Virus record (IMG/VR): IMGVR_UViG_3300027808_000009 | Coordinates: 53,920-117,919 of that record | Source: a virus | Direction: 5' to 3' (one strand) | Length of the DNA: 64,000 bases | Shown: piece by piece, positions 8,611 to 18,000 of the stretch | Numbering within the stretch: the stretch's first letter is position 1 | Layout: each line of letters starts with the position of its first letter | Position numbers and translations under genes: made by a program | Notes under the pieces: model-generated | Told to the model about the DNA's origin: nothing | Database searches by the model: none | Seen by the model: only the letters and a program-made list of their open reading frames with translations

Positions 8611-10065
8611 ATGAAACCATTAAACTTTGATAATTCTCCATGTAGTCCAACATCTTCAAATTGTGTAATTTGGGGTGGACCGGATTTACCATGTATTAAT
8701 TTATGTAAAGGAGATAGTATTACAGATGTAATTGAAAAACTTGCTACTGAATTATGTGGAATTTTAGATGTACTAAACATTAGTGCATATGATATAACTT
8801 GTTTTAATTTAGCTAATTGTGCTCCACAAACATTTACTGATCTGATTAATTTCTTAATAGTAAAAGTATGTGAACTTGAAAATATTCCACCAGATGGTGG
8901 AGGAACTACTCCTTCAACTGGATGCCCTACAGATTGTTTTATAGAAGTAGCACCATGTTTTGTAGTAGGTACTGCAACAACAATGAACTTAATAAATTAT
9001 GTAAATGTAATTGGTACAAGAATATGTGAGCTTGCAAATACTATTGCATTACAACAAATTGCAATTAACAGTTTAGATAATAGAGTAACTGTATTAGAAT
9101 CAGCTGGTCCTCCAGTTATTCCAGTATTGTCAATGGTGATGGCTGAGGAATTACCTTCAGTTCCTTCATTGCCTGCAGGAAGTACACAACTTATTCAAAC
9201 AGTTGTTGATTCATTTGTAAACCAAATATGGTTTCCATTTGTTGCAACAACGGGTGACTCAGGTTTATTAGCTAATGCAATTTCACAACAAACAGTAGCT
9301 GCAACTGACTTATCAAAAGTTAATCCAGCTGCACAAATGTCTGCACAGTATGCTGGTTTATGGACAACACCAACAGGAACTATTGCAGGTACAATAAATA
9401 ACATATGGGCATGTATTAAAGATTTAAGAAATCAAACTCCAGTTACAGTAACAGCATTAGATACTACAACTATTAATATGACTGTTACAGGTGGACCTGC
9501 TTATGTAGTTAGTGCAGATGTAATACCTCAAGCTCCATCAGTTGCAGATACAGCTACTGTTAATTTATCAGTAGGTGTAGGACCAACATACACATTAACA
9601 GCTGATGTTATTGTACCAGGTGCAATGTTTGCCTATGGTACTCCAAGTGATCTTGCTAACATTACTCCTACAATATCTACTAGTTTATCTGATGGTACTA
9701 TACAAATAATGTCTGAAGATTATGATGAAGATAATGCATATAATCCATTAACAGGTATATGGACTTGTCCTGCTACAGGCGTATATAATTTAAGCTTTTT
9801 TATACAACTTCAAAAACCAGTATCAGGTTTTAATAGTGGTTCTATAATGGCTGGTATAACTGATGTAAGTGCAACAAATATTGAACTAGCATCAACTGTT
9901 GCAATAGGAAATATTACAAGACTTGTTTATTTAAACGGTTGTATCTTAGGTCTTAGAATTAATGCAGGTATACAACTATGTCTTAGAATAGTTAATTTTA
10001 CAGATGCTTCATATGTAGCAAACACAAGTGATACAGCAAGGATGACAATTCAAAAAGTTAAATAA
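8611..10065 (+). CDS. tail/head fibre protein with C-terminal C1q/BclA-like domain
   Basis: N-terminal Cys docking motif, coiled coil, C-terminal AYNPLTGIWTCPATGVYNLSF (C1q-like signature). Confidence 0.6.
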   Translation: MKPLNFDNSPCSPTSSNCVIWGGPDLPCINLCKGDSITDVIEKLATELCGILDVLNISAYDITCFNLANCAPQTFTDLINFLIVKVCELENIPPDGGGTTPSTGCPTDCFIEVAPCFVVGTATTMNLINYVNVIGTRICELANTIALQQIAINSLDNRVTVLESAGPPVIPVLSMVMAEELPSVPSLPAGSTQLIQTVVDSFVNQIWFPFVATTGDSGLLANAISQQTVAATDLSKVNPAAQMSAQYAGLWTTPTGTIAGTINNIWACIKDLRNQTPVTVTALDTTTINMTVTGGPAYVVSADVIPQAPSVADTATVNLSVGVGPTYTLTADVIVPGAMFAYGTPSDLANITPTISTSLSDGTIQIMSEDYDEDNAYNPLTGIWTCPATGVYNLSFFIQLQKPVSGFNSGSIMAGITDVSATNIELASTVAIGNITRLVYLNGCILGLRINAGIQLCLRIVNFTDASYVANTSDTARMTIQKVK

Positions 10066-10073
10066 AAAATATT

Positions 10074-11324
10074 ATGAATACATGTATAAAATGCGGTTGT
10101 CAAGATGCTTATCCTTCTTTACCACCATGCCCAACTCCAGCGGCTTGTCCTAATCCACAACCATGTGCAGAAGTATTTGATGCACAGTGTATCGTATTTA
10201 CACTACCTGATATTCTTTGTGGTTTAGATATTGTAGTAGCACAAAATGATTCTTTTGTAGATGCATTAACTGGTATTGTTACTTATTTTTGTCAAAGACT
10301 TGTTACAATACAAGGACAAATTGTAATTATACAAGGTGATATAACAACTTTACAAGGAGATGTAACTACTTTACAAACAACTGTAAATGATCTTTCAGCT
10401 TGTTGTGAACTTGTAGATGGTTTAGTACAATCTGTAACTGGTTTAAATACTGATAATACTGATCCTCAAAATCCTATTGTTAAAATCTCAGTAGATGGTA
10501 CAACTATTACTGGTCTTGGTACACCGGCAAGTCCGCTTATTGCAACTGGAGGTGGTGGTACTGTTGGTGGTTCTGGTACAAATAATTACTTAGCTAGATG
10601 GACACCAAATTCAACTACTCTAGGAACTAGTGTAATACAAGATAACGGAACCCATGCAGGTATTGGTGGAATAACCACAAATACAACTTTTTATGCAAAT
10701 TCATTAAATAATGATATATATGCTTTATCAGCAGCTCAAAATGCAAATTTAAATAATAGTTCTGCATTAAGCACTTCATCACAAGTACCAGGGCCATTTT
10801 TAAATACTTCAATACGTGCTCAAGCAATTAATACATCAACTGGGGGAACAGTACTTATAGATGCATTTTCAAATACTTCTACAACTGGAACTGGGCAATC
10901 AATAGGTTTAAAAGTAAGTTTACAAGGAGCTCTTTCAACAAAATACTCTGCTCAGTTACAAGATGGCACAGAAAGTATTGGTAAAGTTTTAACCTGTATG
11001 ACTACAGATGGAAAAGCAAATTGGGCAACACCAGCATATAATAATTTACAAAAAGTTATAACAACCACATATATATTAACAGATGCAGATAATGATTATA
11101 CTATTTTTATAAATAATGGTGTAACTGCAATATCAATTTCTTTAGGTGCTATTACAGTTGCAAACTTTTGTGTAGGATTCATACAAGAAGGTTCAGCAGA
11201 TGTAACATTTGTAGGTGTAACTAATCCAGTAGGTCTTAAACTTAAAGGACAAGGTTATCAAGCATTCATTGAAAGAAAACTTTCTACTTCTACATATTAT
11301 TTATTAGGTAATACTAAAGTTTAA
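10074..11324 (+). CDS. tail fibre protein
   Basis: Cys-rich N-terminal motif paralogous to the previous gene; heptad IQGDITTLQGDVTTLQ; Gly/Thr/Asn-rich beta region. Confidence 0.6.
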   Translation: MNTCIKCGCQDAYPSLPPCPTPAACPNPQPCAEVFDAQCIVFTLPDILCGLDIVVAQNDSFVDALTGIVTYFCQRLVTIQGQIVIIQGDITTLQGDVTTLQTTVNDLSACCELVDGLVQSVTGLNTDNTDPQNPIVKISVDGTTITGLGTPASPLIATGGGGTVGGSGTNNYLARWTPNSTTLGTSVIQDNGTHAGIGGITTNTTFYANSLNNDIYALSAAQNANLNNSSALSTSSQVPGPFLNTSIRAQAINTSTGGTVLIDAFSNTSTTGTGQSIGLKVSLQGALSTKYSAQLQDGTESIGKVLTCMTTDGKANWATPAYNNLQKVITTTYILTDADNDYTIFINNGVTAISISLGAITVANFCVGFIQEGSADVTFVGVTNPVGLKLKGQGYQAFIERKLSTSTYYLLGNTKV

Positions 11325-11327
11325 TGT

Positions 11328-12572
11328 ATGAATAGTTTTAAAAAAAATATTTATAGTACAGCGACTGAAAACTCATGTCCTGATTGTATTGCACCTGATG
11401 TAACTATTGGTCTTCAAACTTGGACAGCATGTAATGCAGATGTTTCTACTTATAGAGATGGTACATTTATACCTGAAGTTACTGATCCAACGGCTTGGGC
11501 AGGTTTAACTACCGGAGCATGGTGTTGGTATAATAATGATCCAGCTAATGAAGCTACATATGGTAAGTTATATAACTGGTTTGCAGTTAATGATACATTA
11601 CATGGAGGTTTAGCTCCTATTGGTTATCATGTACCAACCCTTTTGGAATTAACTACATTAGTTGATTTTGCAGGAGGACAACTTATTGCAGGAGGTAAGT
11701 TAAAAGAAACAGGATTCTGCTATTGGAATACGCCAAATACAGGGGCTACTGATTTCTATGGTTTTTCTATGCTTGGCGGTGGATTTAGAATTGATACAGG
11801 AGTTTTTGATAATCAGGGTAATATTGGTTACTTATGGTCTACTGATCAATTCAGTCTTACTAATGGTTATGGTAAATTTATGAATCATAATGATACTTTT
11901 GCAAGCAATTTTAATACCAATAAGAAAGCCGGTATGTCTATAAGATTTGTAAAAGATTGCCCTACATGTGCTGATGGAGTAGTTACAATTGGTACACAGA
12001 TATGGACAACATGTAATGCAGATGTTATAGAATATACCGATACTACTCCAATACCAGAAGTAACAGACCCTACTGCTTGGGCTGCTTTAACAACTGGAGC
12101 ATGGTGTCATGTTAATAATAATCCAGCAAATGATGCAATATATGGTAAACTATATAACTGGTATGCAGTTGCAGGTATATATGATGCAGCATCACTTGCT
12201 AATCCCGCACTAAGAAAACAGTTTGCACCAAGTGGATACCATGTACCAACTAATCTTGAAATGGCTACATTAATTACTTATCTAGGTGGTGATACAATTG
12301 CTGGTAGAAAAATGAAAGAAGTCGGAACCACACATTGGGCTGCTACAAATGATGCTACAAATACTTCATGTTTTACTGCTTTAGGTAGTGGTTATCGTTT
12401 TTACGTAACAGGTGTATATGTTCAATTTAATGTATATAGTTACTGGTGGTTAGCAACTGATGTTAATCTTGATACTGCACATACAATATTTATAAGAAAT
12501 GACGCGCCTAATTGTACACCTGGAACAACTGATAAAAATTATGGATTTTCAGTGAGATTGATGCAAGACTAA
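11328..12572 (+). CDS. protein with two tandem Fibrobacter succinogenes major paralogous (Fib_succ_major, C-type lectin fold) domains; probable receptor-binding protein
   Basis: Two copies of VTIGxQxW..N...YGKLYNW(F/Y)AV...AP.GYHVPT..E...L...GG...G.K(L/M)KE.G...W...F....G.G.R...G.S(I/V)R. Confidence 0.85.
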   Translation: MNSFKKNIYSTATENSCPDCIAPDVTIGLQTWTACNADVSTYRDGTFIPEVTDPTAWAGLTTGAWCWYNNDPANEATYGKLYNWFAVNDTLHGGLAPIGYHVPTLLELTTLVDFAGGQLIAGGKLKETGFCYWNTPNTGATDFYGFSMLGGGFRIDTGVFDNQGNIGYLWSTDQFSLTNGYGKFMNHNDTFASNFNTNKKAGMSIRFVKDCPTCADGVVTIGTQIWTTCNADVIEYTDTTPIPEVTDPTAWAALTTGAWCHVNNNPANDAIYGKLYNWYAVAGIYDAASLANPALRKQFAPSGYHVPTNLEMATLITYLGGDTIAGRKMKEVGTTHWAATNDATNTSCFTALGSGYRFYVTGVYVQFNVYSYWWLATDVNLDTAHTIFIRNDAPNCTPGTTDKNYGFSVRLMQD

Positions 12573-12612
12573 AGATATGTCGCAGTTTGTTGGTTTCTGT
12601 GACTGACAACAA

Positions 12613-12648
12613 GACCCCGGTATGTGCTCATTACCGGGGTTATTTTTT
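12613..12648 (+). terminator. Rho-independent terminator
   Basis: ACCCCGGTA-TGTGCTCAT-TACCGGGGT stem followed by TATTTTTT. Confidence 0.85.
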
Positions 12649-12664
12649 ATATGTAACTTATAAG

Positions 12665-12725
12665 TGCTATATTTGTTTTGGCTTGTAAACTTTTATAAGT
12701 CTGAAAAATTTAGTATATTAATTAT
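12665..12725 (+). promoter_or_regulatory. putative promoter region
   Basis: TATATTTG (Bacteroidota -7 consensus TAnnTTTG) at 12668-12675, plus the AAAATTTAGTATATT motif shared with other + strand intergenic regions. Confidence 0.45.
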
Positions 12726-12730
12726 AAGAT

Positions 12731-13318
12731 ATGGAAAGCAAAGTATTTAGAGGACCAGATGTAAAAGGCAAAAGATTTAGGCCTGATACACATTTTATAT
12801 TAACTCCTAAGTTTTTTAAACTGTTTAAAGAAAAGTATCCTAAGTATAGTGACATTGATGATAAAAGCTTAAGACAAATATGTAACAACTTTCATGTACT
12901 CTTTTTAGAAACTGTGATAGATAAAAGAGATGGTGTAGAGTTACCAGAAGGTTTAGGTAATATTTTTATAGGTACATGTCAAACAAGTAAGAAAAAAAAT
13001 ATTGACTATGGTAAGTCAAATAAATATGGAGTAATAGTAACAAATACTAACTGGGGTACTGATGGTAAGTTAGCTAAAATATTCTATTCCAATTTTGCTA
13101 CCAAGTATAACTTTGATAATAGAGAGTGCTGGGCTTTTGTTGGGTGTAGAACATTCAAAAGAACCGTTGCAAAAACATATCCTGATAATTGGCCCATCTA
13201 TGTACAAGTAGATCCAATGAAGAAAATACGTAAACTGTTTTCAGCTGCTAGACAGAGAGCATATTTTAAAGATGTGGAAGATGAAAAATTAAAAACATAT
13301 AATGAATTTGACATATGA
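12731..13318 (+). CDS. HU/IHF-like DNA-binding protein
   Basis: Helix pair then VELPEGLGNIFIG (HU-type V.L.G.G.F strand); position immediately before tail ring genes, as in crAss-like phages. Confidence 0.6.
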   Translation: MESKVFRGPDVKGKRFRPDTHFILTPKFFKLFKEKYPKYSDIDDKSLRQICNNFHVLFLETVIDKRDGVELPEGLGNIFIGTCQTSKKKNIDYGKSNKYGVIVTNTNWGTDGKLAKIFYSNFATKYNFDNRECWAFVGCRTFKRTVAKTYPDNWPIYVQVDPMKKIRKLFSAARQRAYFKDVEDEKLKTYNEFDI

Positions 13319-13986
13319 CAACAATTGGTGAAGCAATATCAAGAGTAAGAAATGCTCTTAAAGCAGTTAAGGAAGATCCGTTCTTAACTGATAGAACTAT
13401 ATATTTTGCAATATCTAAATATGGTAAGTCTTTATTAAAAAGAGAAGACAACCAGAATAGGTTAATGAAAATAAGTTCAATATTTTCTACATTGACATAT
13501 GTAGAATTAATTGATGTGGATAAAGTTGAAGCTGGTTGTGTTGGTGTTACATCAGGTTGTTATATTAAAAGAACTAAAGAGAAGCTACCTAAGTTTTTTG
13601 ATGGACTTAATGGACCACTTATACGTACTGTATCATCATTAGATACATCAGTAGAATTATTCAGAACTGATCCAGGTACGTATTCTTCTATGACTAAAGT
13701 TACAAGTTTTAAATATAATACTAGAAAGTATTTCTGGTATTTGAATGGTTACTTATATATGCCAAATGTACAATGGGAAGCAATTAAAGTTGAAGGTGTA
13801 TTTGAAGATACAATATCTGGTTTTACATGTGATACTACAGAGGAGTGTAGATTTAGAAATGATGATCAGTTACCTTTTCCAGATTATTTATTTGGGGAGA
13901 TTGAACAATATGTATTAAAAGAATTAACTATGTCTATTAATGTACCTACTAATGGTCCTGATGATAGTCAAAACTCATTAAGATAA
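13315..13986 (+). CDS. tail ring / tubular protein
   Basis: 223 aa; YFWYLNGYLY beta region and FPDYLFGEIEQYV C-terminal helix; synteny. Confidence 0.6.
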   Translation: MTTIGEAISRVRNALKAVKEDPFLTDRTIYFAISKYGKSLLKREDNQNRLMKISSIFSTLTYVELIDVDKVEAGCVGVTSGCYIKRTKEKLPKFFDGLNGPLIRTVSSLDTSVELFRTDPGTYSSMTKVTSFKYNTRKYFWYLNGYLYMPNVQWEAIKVEGVFEDTISGFTCDTTEECRFRNDDQLPFPDYLFGEIEQYVLKELTMSINVPTNGPDDSQNSLR

Positions 13987-15002
13987 TGGACTTTAACTAT
14001 ACACTCAAGCTAAGAACATTTGACCAGCTACTGGAAGATGTTACAATTGATTTAAACACATTTGCTCTTGAAAATATGATAGAGCCTCAACAACTTATTA
14101 AAGTTGCTAGGAGAGTAACATATGACTTAGGGTTAAGAATCAATATGACTAAAGAAGTTATATTAGAAGTAGAGCATCATAAGATAAAACTACCTGATGA
14201 TTTTTTTACTATGAACTTTGGTTCTATATGTGGTTCATTTAAACAACACGTGGGTTATAACATTGGTGGTACTACTACTATAGAAGTACCTTATAATGAA
14301 GTACCAAGTACAGTAGATCTATGTGCTCCTCCTACTGTTAACTGTTCAACATGTAATGCTAATCCCTGTAATCATACTGCAGCTTGTCAAGGACATGTTC
14401 CAGACTGTTCTCCAGTAGTAGTTCCAGGATATGATCCACTTAATCCATTTGGTGATACTTGTATAAGACCAAGAGTATTTTCTAACTGTAAAGGAGATCA
14501 ATTTGAGTTAATACAAATTATGCCTACAGGTGAAACAAGAACATATGAAGCTTTAATTCCATTAAGATTTAGAGCATCTCAAGAAATTGAATGTGATTGT
14601 CCTAATTTATATATTAATGCAGCTAATGAAGCATGGATTAAAAACGGATTCTTACATACTACATTTGAATGCGGTAAAATATATCTTAATTATCAAGGAG
14701 CACTTGAAGATGCTGATGGTAACTTATTAGTTCCGGATCATGATGAGATAAATGAATACTATGAGTATGCATTAAAACAAAGAATATTTGAGAACTTGTA
14801 TCTTAATGGTGAAGATGTATCACAAAAATTACAACTTATAGAGCAAAGATTAAAAGCTGCTAGAAACTATGCTTTATCAATTGTTAATACTCCAAATTTT
14901 GCAGAGATGAAAGGTTTATGGATGGCTAATAGAAGAGCACAATATGCTAAATACTATGACATGTTTAAAAGTTATAACTATAACAGCATGCGTTTATTAT
15001 AA
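13986..15002 (+). CDS. tail ring / tubular protein with Cys-rich insertion
   Basis: FECGKIYLNYQG..EDADGNLLVPDHDEINEYYEYALK motif typical of crAss-like ring 1 proteins; directly precedes the muzzle gene. Confidence 0.65.
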   Translation: MDFNYTLKLRTFDQLLEDVTIDLNTFALENMIEPQQLIKVARRVTYDLGLRINMTKEVILEVEHHKIKLPDDFFTMNFGSICGSFKQHVGYNIGGTTTIEVPYNEVPSTVDLCAPPTVNCSTCNANPCNHTAACQGHVPDCSPVVVPGYDPLNPFGDTCIRPRVFSNCKGDQFELIQIMPTGETRTYEALIPLRFRASQEIECDCPNLYINAANEAWIKNGFLHTTFECGKIYLNYQGALEDADGNLLVPDHDEINEYYEYALKQRIFENLYLNGEDVSQKLQLIEQRLKAARNYALSIVNTPNFAEMKGLWMANRRAQYAKYYDMFKSYNYNSMRLL

Positions 15003-15013
15003 TACTTTATATT

Positions 15014-18000
15014 ATGGCAAAGAAAAATATACAAGATACATCACAGAATAAAACAAATACTTTTGTAAAAGGATTAAATAAAGATTCAGATCCTACATTT
15101 GTTGCTGAAGGTATGTGGACACATGCGCGTAATGCTGTAAACAATACTCTTGAAGGTAATATAGGAACTTTATCTAATGAAACATCAAATGTATATTGTG
15201 TTGAAGCAGGTGCAACATTACCAGGTAAAAAATATATCATAGGTACAATTCATTTATACAGTGATAAATGGATAATATTTACGGTTGCCTATCCAACTAC
15301 TGGAGTAGGTACACCTACAGGACATGAAATAGGGTTATTTGAAGAAGATAGATGTACATACAGAATAATTGTACAAGATGATTGTTTAAACTTTGATAAA
15401 AGAAATTTAATAACTGGTGCCTCAAGAGAAAAAGAAGATTGCTCATGGGGTGTATATTTTGCTGATGGTAAAAATCCAGATAGATATTTAAACATTGGTG
15501 ATAATGATTTATGGCCAAGTTCTGATTATGCATGGATTGGAAATAATAAATACGGTAATATTACTAGTGGTGCTACTATGCAATGGCCAGGTGTACAATG
15601 GAAACAACTTTGTCATACAGATTCAGGATGTCAACAAGTTTATCCTGATGAATGGCCATTAGGTTGTCCAGGAGCTAATGACTGTATAATATGTGAAGAC
15701 ACAACAATGTTAAGTTGTGAAGATTTAAGATTAGCAAGATTAATGGAAACACCAACAATTCAAGTTAAACCAGGAGTTGGTGGTGGGGTATTAAGAAATG
15801 GTTCTTATTTTGCAGTTTTAGCATACACTATTAAAGGTCAGAGAGTTACAGATTATTTTTCACCAAGTAATACTCAACCATTATGGAATGTTGATGATGT
15901 TGCAAGTTGTATTGATATATTTATTTCTGCAGATAATAATCATTTTGAAGAATTTGAATTAGTAGTAGTACAAATAATTAATCAAGGAGCAGTTGCTAAA
16001 AGAATCGGTATATATTCTACTAATACATCAGTAATACACCTTGACCAAATCAAAGATGATTTAATCACTATACCAATAGAACAAATACCATTAAGAAACA
16101 TAGTATATGAAACTTCAGATCAGATGACTGAGGTTAATGATTACTTGTTAAGAATTGCTCCAAGATCTAAATTTGATTTTAACTATCAACCTTTAGCTAA
16201 TCAGATACAATCACAATGGACATCAGTAGAATATCCAGCAAATTACTATGTACAAGGAGGAAGTAATACAAATTACTTAAGAGATGAAGTATATACATTC
16301 TTTATAAGATGGGTATATAATACAGGAGATAAAACATCTTCATATCATATACCAGGTAGAGTTGCAGGTACATTCAATGGAATACCAGAAACACAACTTA
16401 CAGCAGATCAAAATTCTTTAAGTCCAGATGATAGATACTTTGAAGTATATAATACTGCAACAGCAAGTGCAGCACCTGGTACAGTTTTACCTGATGGAGG
16501 TATTGTAGTTGCTCAAGGAAGAATGGGTTACTGGGAGTCAACTGAAAAGTATCCAGATAATAGACATGATATATGGGATGCTTCATCTCAATGTTGGTCA
16601 GGTACAACTGATCCACAATTTGATTTATGTGGTAAATATATTAGACACCATAAGTTTCCTGATAACATAACTGGAGGAGGTAATTTAACAAATCATTATT
16701 CACAAGGTGGTCAAGCTATTAGATTAATGGGTGTTGTTTTTAATAATATTATTTTACCAAAAGATAATGATGGAAATGATATACCAGGTATAGTAGGTTA
16801 TGAAATACTAAGAGGATCAAGAGAAGGTAATAGATCTATTATTGCTAAAGGTATGTTAAACAATATGCGTACTTATGAACTTAAAGGTAATGATGCAGGT
16901 GGTAGAAAAGGATTATATCCTAATTATCCATTTAATACTATTACACCTTTATCATCATCAATTGGTGGACATGTTGCAGGATATAATGATCCTTATATTA
17001 GATTAAAAGATGATGTTGCACAGGATATACCACTTAACATGGTAACATTTCACTCACCTGATACTAATTTTAGAACACCCTTTTTATCTACAACTGAATT
17101 AAAATTATATGGTAGAGTATCTGGTACATCAACACAGTTTTTTCAAGAACCAGATCAGCATCCTCAATTTAAATTACTTGCTGATTTTGTTATTATTGTT
17201 GCAGTTATTGCTGGTGTAATTGAAATGGCAATTCAAAATGGAGGTAAATGGACTATTCAACAAAATGGACCAGTAGCAGCAACAGGCGGTGGAGATGTTA
17301 GTGCATTAGCAGCTCGCCCAGCTGCTGGTGTTTTTCAAGGAGTTCAAGCTGCATATGAAATAGGTTTACAAGCTTATTTTGGTCTTGGAGGATTTCTTGC
17401 TGATTCACTAGTTCCTTTTCTTAATCCTGCATTAGCCGTTACAAATATTCAAACAATATATGACGCAGCAACTGTTGTAGCTGCAACAGCAGGTGCTACA
17501 TCTCCTTTAGGAAATACATATACTAAGGAAATTCCTAGATATCAATATGCAGGTCTTATTGGTGCAGGTAATTTTTTACAACAATCAATATCTTATTTTG
17601 CTGAAGGTGCTAATACATCAATAAGACTTGCTTATGCTTTAATACCTTATAGACAATTTGCTTTACAATCAATAGCTGAAGGTTTCTATAGTAATTTTAA
17701 CTCACCTAATTACTCACAAGTTCAAAGATTTAATATTGAAGATAGTTTTTATTTAAAAAACAATATACAAAATGTTAAACCATTTAGTGGTATTAATTAT
17801 GTAATTAATAATCTTAAAAGACAAACATCAGTTACATTAAGAACATCATCAGGTAGTACAGTTAAAGTTAATAATGGTCCAGATTATATTACAGGACCAG
17901 GAGAAGATAAATCATTAGTTACATTAGGTACTGCAATACAAGCAGGTATTGGTTTACCAGTAGATATGACTGATAATAAAACTAATACATTTAGATTACC

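Noticed and set aside
11328-12730. Complete diversity-generating retroelement
   Set aside because: No reverse transcriptase or adenine-variant template repeat was seen in the window
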